DNA of 62,694 nucleotides, the filler included, from Phoronis australis (taxonomy: Eukaryota; Animalia; Phoronida): assembly GCA_002633005.1 (NCBI GenBank). It is 7 parts of 7 records of this genome, joined end to end, with 100 filler letters (N's around TTAATTAATTAA, not from the genome) between each part and the next. Parts side by side here need not be neighbours in the genome. Positions count along the whole stretch, not along the records: positions 47,529 to 51,222 come from NMRA01002890.1; positions 51,323 to 56,608 come from NMRA01002372.1; positions 56,709 to 60,078 come from NMRA01003060.1; positions 60,179 to 62,694 come from NMRA01003635.1; 3 more parts are not named here. The stretch is one strand, 5' to 3'. The position numbers and the translations under genes are program-made. The number at the start of each line of letters is the position of its first letter. Positions within the stretch are counted from its first letter, which is position 1. Shown here one piece after another: positions 47,926 through 60,779 of the stretch. The notes below the pieces were generated by a model, which was not told the DNA's origin, did no database searches, and saw nothing but the letters and a program-made list of their open reading frames with translations.

Positions 47926-48783
47926 TCTGGCACTTGTCTACTTGTCCAATCAGTTGTTGACTGTGTTTATTTTAAGTGTGTAAACTGATGCAGCACTCTG
48001 TAAACCAATGCTGCAGATCAGAGTTCTAATTCACAAGGCACACACATTACCTGTCGTTTTGCCAATTTTGCATGTATACTTCAAAACAGAAAATTTGATA
48101 CTATTTTGTTTTTCAGTTTGATTTAAACCAAAGCTTTCAAGTTCATCTTTTAAATGCCATCATGCAAACATTTTGGTCAACCCTCCATTTTCTACACCAA
48201 TGTCAAGGAATGGAACTGTCAATCAAACCATTTATGAGAAATAAGAGTTCTCCCTCAAGCTTCGAAACCAACTTTAGACAATTTTTATTTCATAAACTTG
48301 CAAACAAAGAATTTAAAGTCTTCTTATATAATATTTCTAACTTATTTATTTATGTTTTAATGTATTTACTTATTTATGTATCTATTTATGGTTTGACAAA
48401 TTATTCTGTTATTAGACTTACTACAGAGGACAAACTACTTTTTTGTGTCATCCCAAACATTGAATTACTATTTTTTAGTTAACTTTTCTCTTATTTTTGT
48501 CTGTATTGTTCTCTGTGCAGTGTTATATAATTATATTTATTGTGTTGTGTTTAGTTGTATTATATTGCTCTTGTGGTCAGTTGGTGTTAAATCAATCAAT
48601 CAATCAATCAATTGGTTTTTGCTTCCAGAACTTGAGTCAGCAACATGGTTTTGACATTTAGACTAAAGATGATTCTGGTGTCAATTTGAGTTTTCCTTCA
48701 ATGTATTTGTTTGTAAACCACTTGATGTTAATGTCAATATGTGATGTTTTGTTTATAATAATCCTTGGCCTGCTTCTGTTTAG

Positions 48784-48897
48784 ACTTGGTTGTCCCAACT
48801 TTACCTATCCAGAGTACAAGCCAACACCACAAGGTGGAGCTAGTAGGTCACTGTTTTTCCCTGATGAGGCTATTCACAAAGGTCACCCTAGGTTCAA
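48784..48897 (+). CDS. GCLC: Glutamate-cysteine ligase catalytic subunit, internal exon (LGCPNFTYPEYKPTPQGGASRSLFFPDEAIHKGHPRFK)
   Basis: Matches recalled animal GCLC LGCPGFTLP...GGASKSLFFPDEAI..HPRF; tttAG| ... AA|GTGAGT; 114 bp, phase 2-2. Confidence 0.92.
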
Positions 48898-49297
48898 GTG
48901 AGTCTTCTCACATTTAATAAATATGTGGTTAACAATACTTTAGGTAGTTTTTGGAAACGGGTCATCTTGAAACATTGTCTTCCTTAATCAAATTTTCTCG
49001 TAAATGCAGTCTTTTTTTAAATTGTTTAAACAGGTTGTAAACCAAGTGGCTACATTACGTTTTTCTTGCTCGAGGAAATTTTACTGATACAGAAATATAT
49101 TGATTTTTGTTGCATTTAACTTAGTCACTATAAGTGATCAGTAATACGTTTTTAAATGCATGCGCATTACATTAGTTTGTTAATTTTTTGTAACAATTAA
49201 TGTGGTTGACATTTTCATGTTAAGAATTTTGCCTTTGATTTCGCGTGCTTGTCACATAAACAATATATCTGTTTTGTTTTGTCTTTGTATTTAATAG

Positions 49298-49356
49298 GAC
49301 TTTAACTAGAAACATAAGGCATCGCAAGGGTTCTAAAGTGGCCATTAACTACCCAA
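49298..49356 (+). CDS. GCLC: GCLC next exon (TLTRNIRHRKGSKVAINYP)
   Basis: Matches recalled TLTRNIRHRRGEKVVINVP; taatAG| ... A|GTAAGT; 59 bp, in frame with the previous exon. Confidence 0.92.
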
Positions 49357-49425
49357 GTAAGTTTGTCGCAATTCCTTTAATGTCATTCTTGAATGTTTAG
49401 TTTTGGTGTTCTCATTTATGTGGAG

Positions 49426-49870
49426 ATTTAGAGTGAGTCGGTCCTTCACCTTTGTTAGAAAGTGAATGAATACATTTAGAGTGAGTCAGTCCTTCATTTC
49501 TTTGCTGGAAAGTGTATGAATACATTTGTAGTGAGTCGGTCCTTCACCTCTTTTGGAAAGTGAATGAATACGTTTAGAGTGAGTTGGTCATTCATTTCTT
49601 TGCTGGAAAGTGTATGCATACATTTGTAGTGAGTCGGTCCTTCACCTCTTTTGGAAAGTGAATGATTACATTTAGAGTAAGTCGGTCCTTCATTTCTTTG
49701 CTGGAAAGGGAGAAAAAGTAAATGAATACAGTTAGAGTGAGTCAGTCCTTCACTTCTTTGCTGGAAAGTGTATGAATACATTGTAGTGAGTTGGTCCTTT
49801 ACCTCTGTGTTGAAAGGTGAATGAATATATAATATATGGTGTGGTAGCCCTTCACCTCTGGTGGAAGGTG
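49426..49870. repeat. Minisatellite of alternating ~48/50-bp units (~9 units)
   Basis: att(tag/tgt)agtgagtcggtccttca...ggaaagtg.atgaatac repeated. Confidence 0.9.
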
Positions 49871-52800
49871 ATTGAATTCATTTATAATGAATTGGTTCTT
49901 CATTTCTTCCTCATATAATTTTGAAACAATTAAAAAAACTCTGAACATTCTTCAGCAAAATTGTAAACATACCATATGCTGTATTCCTATAAAGATCTCG
50001 TGTGTCTGTCTTTGTCTTCTCAAAACACATTTCTGTCTTGGAAATACTATGTAAGCACTCCTAAAAAAAATTTATAAAAAATATCAAAGTATGTGTTGAA
50101 TCTCGATGCAGATTGGAAAAATGGATTTAATTTGATTTTCAAACTTTAAGCTGCATTTCGCTGCGTTTTGTTGGCTAACAATTAACTTAATGATAAACGT
50201 GGGTGGTATGAATTAGTAGTATCATGCATGTGTAAGTCTGTTAAATATTTGTTGAACTTATTCAAAATGGGTAGTAATAGATCACCAAAGCAATCAGGAA
50301 AATTTGTGTACTTGTCTAAGGGTGAAAAAATATTATTTACTGGTTTTGGGTATGTATGGCTATGCCAGCCAGTCTGTGATAAACTGATGTTTTTATGCGT
50401 GAGTTAAAGCAAACATTGAAAGATTTAAGTTTTCAAGAATGGTTGCAGGCTATCAGAAGCATGGAGAAGTGAAATTTCTATTGTTTAATGAAATCAGAGC
50501 TGCTTTGTGTGAAACGCTTGTCCGGAAATTTGTCACTTGATCAAGTTCTTGTCATAGCGAGCATAAGGTGTTCAACCCATCAACTTAATGTTGAACTAGG
50601 CTGATGAAGTGGTATAAAACCCCATGATCAAAGATTGTGTTCTATTTATAACCATGGAGATTAGAAACCTAGAGTCATTTTTGTTTTGATGTCAAGTTTT
50701 AACGAATCTGAGATGTATTTACTTGAAACAGAAATCTATTACAAACAGATGTTCATTAATATGGAACATCGAAAGAAAAACCTAGCAAACTTTATTATTA
50801 AAGCATAAGGGGGGAATGCAACTTTAATGAAGGACATCAGGTTTGAATACCTATTTCTTCAAAATCAATTTTTAGTTGTCACAAATAATTGCCCCAGGCC
50901 TATGTTTGAACTTTTAAGTCACTAGTTCTCTGACAGCGAGGAAAAGAGGGTGTGAACATAATGCACTGACTGTGAGCTTCTTATGAAATAGATACATGAT
51001 AAAAATGCAAACATTTGTTTAGGCTTAGTAGTTACATGCTATAAAACACTTACTGCTGAGGTTCGGTATATGCCAAAAGTAATGGTCACGACAACCTATT
51101 CCTTTAGTAGGGAATGACTAGTGTTTGCTTCAAATTTCTAACTTTCTTTGATTGCTTTTGGTATGTACTATGAATAGAACAAGCCCCAATGGGGTAGGCT
51201 TGGCTTGTACTATGAATATTACNNNNNNNNNNNNNNNNNNNNNNNNNNNNNNNNNNNNNNNNNNNNTTAATTAATTAANNNNNNNNNNNNNNNNNNNNNN
51301 NNNNNNNNNNNNNNNNNNNNNNTTACTGATCAAAGAATACTCAGGGCTTGGAACGACTAATGCCAAAAAGAAGAAAATTTTTCCAGGTGATTTATTGTTC
51401 CACAAATAAATTGGCTTGTGTGATAGAAATATTTTTGTGTTGTAACATTTAACTGAAATAAACATTTTTGCATGAATAAAGCCAAAATAATGAAGAAAAA
51501 AGAGGATACTGGACATTTAATAAGAGGAAATCAAAACCAAAGAAGAGGAAATCCTCTTAAAAAAGGAAAATTCCAAGTCCAAATTCTGTCTTGGCTACAT
51601 TTTTAAGGAAGTCAACATACATATCTAAGAGATGTAGTGTTTAGGAGAAACATTACACATTAAATTTCTCATTCCAAGATGCTTGCAAAATTGACATTCG
51701 TCTATTCAAATCATTTAAAACAACTTGAAGTGTTAGTCCCAGAATGTGGTGCCCAATGCTCACGCAATGTTTTTCCGTTGTTAAGGTATTTTAGGATCCA
51801 CATCTGGCCAACTTTGAAACTTCATATCTTAGAAAATGCTTAACGGTGTTTGATTTATGCGAAACTTTCCGACAGTACGCTTTATGGACTGTTCAATAAT
51901 TGTTTTTAAGATGTTCCACTTTTGCATCAGGGGCTGTCAAAAATAGTCCCTTCTGCAAAAGTCACTCACTCCAAGTCTGTTGTCAACTGTAACACTATGT
52001 ACATTGATTTGTTTTATTATGATACAGTTTCGGGGAAAATTTCAATTTATTATGGCCATTCTTTGAAGTAATTTTTTGGAAAGGTGAGGTCCCAAGGTGC
52101 CTGGTATGAGTGCCGTGGTTGTGGCCGTTCCAGAATCCCTAGATGAAACACTAGCGGTAGTCCAATTTGTTCTGGTTGCTGGGGGAAATGATACAGAGCG
52201 TGTCCCAAAAGTGTACACACTTCAACGTGTGGAGTTCAAATTCAGTTCCCGTGGGTAACTGGTGTTCTACGTAGACCTACTACATGGTTACACCTTATTT
52301 TAAACGTGGGGACCCGAGCGAGCCCTTCCCCCATTTGGTAAATTGGGCAAAAAAAGTCCGCCTCAAAGAAAACAAAAAGTCCGAGAAAAACGAGACAAAA
52401 GTTCACTAAGACAGGAATTTGGCGTATGCACAATTTATAGCCCTGAGCAAGTCCCGTATACCGCTTATTTTTCTTTTTAGTAAAAAGTCCACATTCACAA
52501 AAAATCGAGCTTCCCTATATTTTAGGCTGTCCCCACCCCACGCGTATGTCGGTTGCCACGGTTGAACCCTGACGCCTGAAAATTTTTGGGGGGCCCGTGC
52601 CCCCCCCCGGCCTCCCCGCTTCCTACGGCCCTGCATTGTAACATAATGTTGTATGGCCAATAATTTTTCTTTGATGATAATAAGCACCATGTTGTTATTT
52701 AAAAGGCAATAATTTCATTTGCAGTGACCATTTATGTTACTGAATTCCACATGGGGGTAAGTACACCACATTTTTTTAGCCTTTTTAGCCCATTTTCAGC

Positions 52801-54982
52801 ATAGCAGAACCCAGTCAATATCCAAACTTTTGGTCTGTTTAGATATTGAATAATTTGCTGTTGCCTAGGCTAACATATTCTGCAGTTTTTTATGACAGAG
52901 TGTGAACTTTAGGTTTAAGCTTCCTTACAGTAGGTGAGGATTAGAAATACAGAATTTACAAATTTCGTAACGAGTGCCTGTTTTATGACGAACCCTACCA
53001 TTTCTCAATGATTAAGCACAATTTCATCTAAGGGATTCTTAAAGTGAGCAAGTTATTCCCAGTCATATCTAAGCAACTGCTTACTTGATAAAATAAATTT
53101 CTTTTCTACTGTTGACAGTTGAAAATTGCAATTTTTAAAATGGCCACTCGTTACGCTAAAAATGCATGAAATTCATAGACAAAAATATGCAGAAATTTCT
53201 CAAACATTGTCCGATTTTGAGGATTCTTTTTTAATTTGTACAACTAAACAACTCTTTGCATATGAGATTCCGTTGGCATTTGGTAAGTGACCAAAAAAAT
53301 GTTAGCTTCTCCTTTTTCATATCTTAGGTACTTTCTCTTATGTTTCGGGCTTGCCCTGCATCGCCTCTGTAACATTTTCAGTTCGTGCTGTTGTTCGTTT
53401 GCGGGGTCATTATTTACCTCTTTCCTTATCTTACTTATGGTACTTTCGTTTCACTCCGTCTAACTTGTTTTTCCTATTTACCACTTTGCCACTTTGTCTC
53501 ATTGTTTTGTTCAGTCTTCCATGTATTACTTTTGTATTTTTAGCCTTCTATAGTTCAGTTTGTTACCGCCACGACACCAGGGTGAGTTCACACCCGGCAG
53601 CTGTTGCAGCACTTGGGTAAACGTACCTCCCCCTCCAGCCTTGGCCCCTGGAGTTAGGGTTTGGTATCCGGCTGCCAGCCTCTGTAAGTATGCGANNNNN
53701 NNNNNNNNNNNNNNNNNNNNNNNNNNNNNNNNNNNNNNNNNNNNNNNNNNNNNNNNNNNNNNNNNNNNNNNNNNNNNNNNNNNNNNNNNNNNNNNNNNNN
53801 NNNNNNNNNNNNNNNNNNNNNNNNNNNNNNNNNNNNNNNNNNNNNNNNNNNNNNNNNNNNNNNNNNNNNNNNNNNNNNNNNNNNNNNNNNNNNNNNNNNN
53901 NNNNNNNNNNNNNNNNNNNNNNNNNNNNNNNNNNNNNNNNNNNNNNNNNNNNNNNNNNNNNNNNNNNNNNNNNNNNNNNNNNNNNNNNNNNNNNNNNNNN
54001 NNNNNNNNNNNNNNNNNNNNNNNNNNNNNNNNNNNNNNNNNNNNNNNNNNNNNNNNNNNNNNNNNNNNNNNNNNNNNNNNNNNNNNNNNNNNNNNNNNNN
54101 NNNNNNNNNNNNNNNNNNNNNNNNNNNNNNNNNNNNNNNNNNNNNNNNNNNNNNNNNNNNNNNNNNNNNNNNNNNNNNNNNNNNNNNNNNNNNNNNNNNN
54201 NNNNNNNNNNNNNNNNNNNNNNNNNNNNNNNNNNNNNNNNNNNNNNNNNNNNNNNNNNNNNNNNNNNNNNNNNNNNNNNNNNNNNNNNNNNNNNNNNNNN
54301 NNNNNNNNNNNNNNNNNNNNNNNNNNNNNNNNNNNNNNNNNNNNNNNTCCAATAACCCCTTGTGTAGATTCGCATGCGGTCCTCCTGCACTCGAGGCACT
54401 AGGACATTCCATTTCCAGCCTCACTATTGGTTCGTTTGTATTACTGCCACGAGTTTGGTCAGCTCCTGGCTCCCATAGGCTGATGATTGTCACGTGTCAT
54501 AGGGCTCCTTTGTTCTCAAGAAAGTTATATTTCATGCCATCTGTACTTCGCTTTGCAGCACTTAGGTTCGAGCTAATCTCTCTTCATTTTTCCCACCCTC
54601 TACTTTGGGTAGTTCCTCTTACCTGAGTGCTGGCGCTTTTTATTGCCCATCTTTCCAGAGATTATTATTTTATCTTTATGTTATTTGTACACTCATATTT
54701 CTGTACCTTATCAGTCATAATAAATGACCTTATATCCCCTATAATACACGGTCTCCTTTGTATCTCTGGAAACGGAGCTTGCGACGCACCTATTATTTTC
54801 GGGACATATTCCGAGCGTAAAAATTATTTTAGACTGTAACACAGTCAACGCTCGAATATGGACCTTGATTGTGATTTAGCCGACTGCATTATTAGCACTT
54901 GGGACTACCAGAACGAATACGATTATGAAACACGTTTGTGGGTTGACCTGCTCATAATCCCATTGCACACTTTGCCATGTCT

Positions 54983-55082
54983 CATGGGCGGCGCTACGCT
55001 GCACATGGTCTATAGGCGGTGCGCCACACGGGGGCTGAGGGGGCTTTAGCTCCCCACTTTTTTCAGTGCTGCGCCACCCATG
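54983..55082. mobile_element. ~100-bp MITE with CATGGGCGGCGC TIRs; related copy at ~41092-41185
   Basis: catgggcggcgc ... gcgccacccatg termini; similar interior in both copies. Confidence 0.6.
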
Positions 55083-58000
55083 TGCATTCGCTAAGTCACT
55101 GGGACACTGAGAATTGCAGAATGCATAGCTCACAACTACCTGTTGGCGTAGCAGTCGCCCTAGCGCCGTGTGCACGGGCAATGTTGCGGTTATCAGCAAA
55201 CCATAAACCATAATGTGGCTCAGGCTTATTATAGGCTAATAAAAACAACATGATTGTTACAACAAATAATCTTTGGGTGACCGTCGATCGTCGACACTAC
55301 ATCCTGAATTCAAATAATTTTCAGAAATATTTAGCCTAGTTCGGTCAGGGAGTCGGATAAGTGTAGAAAGCCCAGTTTCTCTTTCAGTCGGGCGAGGTGC
55401 ATTATAAGCTCAGTGTTGTGATACCCTATAGTCTAGAAGGCGGGACCACCGGACCCCATTTTGGCCTACTCGAGGATGTGTGTTTTTATGTGACCCGGAT
55501 ACATTTTTGAAATAGTTATAGCGAGTACTAAATTCTGTCGCATGTGGTCGTGCCCCATATTTTTTGAAAACCGTTCAACGCGCCATCCGGCGTCCGAGTT
55601 CAGCAAAGCTGTGACCTAGCTAAAATCTAGCCAAACTCGTTTGTCTTAATTTAAAATACATGACAATATCTCGCGTAATCTCGCGAAGTCTTGCTTTTTA
55701 GTGAAGACCTCTGTAACGTTATTGAACTTTACCTTTAATGACAGGTTTTCGGTCCAGACAGTGAGCTATATCTCAACCGTCCAAATAAAACGATAGCCGG
55801 GCTTCTCGAAAGAAATTCTAACAGAAAAACAGTAATGAATTTATGTGTGGTGATCTCTGTGCCCACCGGTCTATAGAGAGATTAGCCAATACGGCAGTCT
55901 GATTTTTCCAGTCCGGTTGAAGTCCCTCATGGGTCTGAGTTCTCAGTTCCCGCCGGTTTCGATAACCGCTTATCGTTGGGGTGATGCAAAATTCGAAGAG
56001 ATTCTAAACGTTTGTGTATGCTACTGTTTTATCGGTAGTCTGTGCTCTTTACTAGGCGAAATTACAGTGCGCGCTTTTCCAAACAATTTGAAATATATTG
56101 TAGAGCAATAATGCGAAAACGGGTAAAATGTTGGGCACTGAGAAGACACTATAATAACAACAATTGGTTCCAAGCAACGGCATTGAGATGTTTAGGGTTG
56201 CTGATCAAATTTCAGTGAAAATAAGAATTGACCACGGAATGATCATAGAATTTTTCACTGACACTTACTGCCTTTAGCATCCCATTCAAACGATTACACC
56301 AATGGCAGAGGAAGATTTAAATGTACGTTATCGTCGTGACGTGATGTATTTAAACATTTTTGTCCCTTCGAGATTTCGTTTTTCGTGGCCTTTTTCACCT
56401 TAAAAAACCATCTTGGAAATCTATTGTCAATGGCTTTACTTTATTGTTGAAATAATTCTGTTTTTACTCTACAATAAGTTTGAGCAGGACGTTATTTTCC
56501 GCATTTTTGTCTAGTCTTTCACGTGCTTCCGATTATTTTTTGCACTCATATATATTTCTATGACTATGACCATGGTGGGCGTCTGTTTTTTATGATTTGA
56601 CTACTGCTNNNNNNNNNNNNNNNNNNNNNNNNNNNNNNNNNNNNNNNNNNNNTTAATTAATTAANNNNNNNNNNNNNNNNNNNNNNNNNNNNNNNNNNNN
56701 NNNNNNNNCGAGATTACGTCACTTAATCTTAGACAACACTGCAGCCATTGTGTTTTTCTTTTGTCATTGTTTTCACAAACGTCTGTGAGGTCTAGAACTC
56801 TCGACTTCTCCCGCTGTTGAGCCAAGCAATCAGCTTCAGATACGGCCGCCTTACTCGCCAGCTCGTTTTGTTTGGCACGTAATTTTAAAGTGAATTATCA
56901 GGTTTTCGAGTTCGAAAAGATGGTTTGTAAAATTAGCCGCCGACTCCTGGCGTAGGTCATTAGGCAAGTGAGCGAGGAATTTCAATCAATGGGACATTGT
57001 CGTTTTTACTGCGTTCATGGGTTAAACTTGAGCTATAGAACAAATAAAATCCGCCGTGTTTTTTGTGGTTCTATTACGAATTAAATACGCATAAAACAAC
57101 TTATTGCCATAGGATTCCATTTCCATACCAACTCAAGTCAAATTTGCAATTTTACTGATTTTCTTGAATGGTTTATGATTTCTACCGATGTTCTCGTTGA
57201 TAACAGAAATCATGTCTTTGTAAGGGCTATTACTGGACCAATGAATAAAATATGAAATTCTATTTTCATTTTTAGCCAGCGCTGAACAGGGCGAAATGCA
57301 TTTTCAGTATTTCTTGGGATAGCGCTACGCCAGCAAAGCGTACGTTGGCTGCCGGCAGCCGCGAAAGTTCCAGGTTCGAATCCGCTCTCGGGCTGATCTA
57401 ACGATAAACCTTTTTCATCGCCAACGGTGTCGATTTTAGTCGAAAGTTGGAAACAATTTCAGGTTCACACTTATAATCAATCAAAAGTACAATGTAAGCT
57501 TGGATGTCAAAGGTCAAGCCATTTCTGGAAGACGTGAGTGGAATATAAACCCACCCGCTAGGCGTCTCCCCAGGGCAGTCCAGCGCTCAATTTCTTACCC
57601 AAATGTATACTATTGAGAGATCTTACTTCTCCAATTTGCTTCAGCTTTCAAGCTTCTCAATTTTTCTCTCGTACACTAGGCCTACAGGAGCTAGGTTCAT
57701 ACACTATGATTCGCGTGCTTGCGCACTGCACGGCAGCCATTTTCGCGGCTCCCAGCAACGAAACAACTGATGGTCAGAGGTAGGGCCTCGAGTTCAGTTA
57801 GATTCGACTAGATCTTGTAAAGATCGGAGATTTGTAATAAAATCACAAAAACACAACTTATATCGTTTTTTTCGCCCTAGTCAATACTTATATGAACCCT
57901 ATCGACGTAAAATTGAGTCCCTTGAGCATTGAGCTGTAAATACTCCTCCCTCCACACAATAAAGATAACGCCAGCGAATTTCTACCCCGCACTTCTAAAT

Positions 58001-60178
58001 AAGGAGTTCATCGGGTAGGCACCTAATCAGTGCAGTGCTGGCAGTGACGTTACGCAACTTACGGGTGTAGCGTGTAATTTGAAGTTTTATTCAACTCGCA
58101 ATTCGACCCAGACGAATATAATTGTTTTCACTACAAACGCTTTCAATTTTAAGGAAATGTTATTTTGTAACACTGAAAGGAAACTCAAAGCTTACATAAG
58201 TGCACCTTTGAATAGTCATGAGTAGTACGGACGCGCTTTGAGTAAAAGCGGCAAACATGGCGTACTTCATTCACATTTACTTCGAGATTATTTGCCATGA
58301 AACTGTTGTCATGTGTTAGTAAATGGAAGAGCAATCAATGAATGTTACATAAATTATTTCACCAGGAGGTATACGTGAAAACGACTATTAGCCCCATAAC
58401 AAAAATCAACTTCTGACTTAGCTTTCACCGTTGTGTTCGTTACCGTGACTCAAGCACGATTACATTAAAAATTTACAGCACAGGCACCTCTGTTTAAACT
58501 ATATTACATATTTAGTGTAAGATAATTGAACAAACGACACACTATGCATCATTTTACATACGGAAAATGGGGGGGCTCAAATTTTTGAAATGTGGACCTT
58601 TTACCTAAGATTTACGGGGTACCTTCAGAGCTATGAATTGTGCATTCGCCGAATTTTGATGGCTCCTGCCTTTTTAGTAGACTTTGTCTCGTTTTCTACT
58701 TTTTGGTAGTTTTTGTTTCTCTGAGGCGGACCTTCTTGCCCCGGCACTTCTCCAAATGAGGGAGGGGGGGCGGGCACGTTCAGGTCCTCCGAATCCCCCT
58801 CCGCCTGGGTGCGCGCATGTTTTATTGAGAAACAAACTTCTTAGATATCAAGATTTTGTTGAAGACACAAAGACTACTGGGTCGCAATCATACATAAACG
58901 TTGCCTCCTATTAAAAATCGATTCCTTTCATCATGTGTCGTTGTCTAATCTCAAATTGCGCACTATGACTCTACTGCTCACGACTAATGTAAAGGGCGCA
59001 GGACCCGCACCGTAGTTATAGTGTTACACTGTTTTAAGAGCTGTTGTTAATGCGACAATATCGGCGATTTATCACCCGCTTGTGCATTGCTTTCTTATCT
59101 GGGAATGCAGTTTCATTGACTCACCCGAGTTGTGTCTGCTTCTCTGTTATACACGAATCAGGTGAAATAACCTGAAAGGGTTTTGTGAAATCAACCTTAA
59201 CGTGAAATCCACTCCCAAGCTTTGCTGACGGAAGCTAAACCCCACATGATAAATGGCAAAACATTAACTAAGAAGTCGTCAACCTTTATTTCAGCGAATG
59301 GCTGTCAGACTGTGCTACTAATTAACAAAAAGCACAACGGATTTTGTTGTATTAAGCTTATAACCCCAAAAATTGTATCCAATCAACAATTCGTTTTTCG
59401 ACTGCGAAATCGATTAAGAAGTCCTACAACACAATTGGAGAGCATAGACAGTGCCCGAGGGTGGGAATTCTTCTCTATTTTTCTCGGAGCTGTAGCCGGC
59501 AGCTAGACCAATTAGAACAGCAACCAAATAAAAGAGTAGACTCGAAACAAAAGCCCATTCGGAGGAGCCGGCCGGCGGCTTCCACGAAAAGGTCAGACGC
59601 GCTTTTGTAGTGCTTTGTTTCAAAAACATTACCCTTTTTGTAGGATTTGTTTCCATAAATCTCGACAGTTTCATAAGAATTCTTGCACAGGTAAATTTCA
59701 ACCCATCAAGATTGATACAGTGCAACGTTGTTAAAATAGGTAAATATTTTGCAACCAAACTTTGAAATAAAAAATAATATTGAAAACCCTTATAGATTTG
59801 GGCAGTAAAATACGCTTCAGTGGAGATTTTCGAGCTCCCAAAGTGAACCGCTTACGTAGAAAACTAGCAACCTAGGGATTTTTGATAAGGAACTCTTTCT
59901 TTCAGAAACCTTACGGGCGGCTCGTCTCCTGCCCTAAACCTCCTCTATGAGAGTGCATCCCCCTTTCCTCCAAGACAATAGTCCGATCCAAAAGTCGCAC
60001 ACGGTGAAGTCGTAGAAAATCCGAGTGTGTAGACAAGGATTAAACAGACATTTGAATAGGATCAAGCAGAGACAGCGCNNNNNNNNNNNNNNNNNNNNNN
60101 NNNNNNNNNNNNNNNNNNNNNNTTAATTAATTAANNNNNNNNNNNNNNNNNNNNNNNNNNNNNNNNNNNNNNNNNNNN

Positions 60179-60339
60179 ACTTTGTAGAGACAAACGCGGA
60201 CACATTTGGTGTGACCATTCCAGTAATAGCCTACAGCGCCTATAAGTTTTATACATACACTCCAGCACAGATAGGTCAAACCTATGACTGGGAGTGCTTC
60301 ATCTTTCTCCTAGCTATTTTTGTCAGCATCACCAACCAG
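60179..60339 (+). CDS. PEDS1: Plasmanylethanolamine desaturase exon, 5' part in gap (DFVETNADTFGVTIP...DWECFIFLLAIFVSITNQ)
   Basis: Matches recalled TMEM189/Kua DFIETNGDN...AYKF...WECFVF...TNQ; donor CAG|GTTTGT, phase 0. Confidence 0.92.
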
Positions 60340-60779
60340 GTTTGTATCTTTTGTTAGCAATAGTTATATTGTGCAGGGTGCTGGGTGGGTAACCCTGTGG
60401 CAATTGCATTTCGGTGCTTTCAGTATATTTACTGTATGATAAAGCAAATAAGTTCAAAATATCAATGCCAACCGCATTACATACTTGTTTTAGGACAATC
60501 CCATTAATGAATTCTCCGAGAGAAGAAAAATCTTGAAGTTGAGAAGTCATATATGGGGGGTATTTGTGGTACACTCATTAATCAATACAAGATTATATTA
60601 ACTGTTAGTTTTCAAAAGAAGTTGATGAATATCATGCATAAATGTCACTGCTTTTAAGTGGCTGCAGGGGGCTGTGCTTTTGGTTTCACTTAGGGGTTGA
60701 TTTCAGAAAATCACTTTCTCATTGGTAATGTCACTTTAACATTCTCCAACAATTATTCACTTTGTTTTTTCTAATTTTT

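Noticed and set aside
49494-49781. Minus-strand His/Cys-rich repetitive ORF resembling zinc fingers
   Set aside because: Translation of a 48/50-bp minisatellite; unit lengths break frame and C2H2 spacing is absent.
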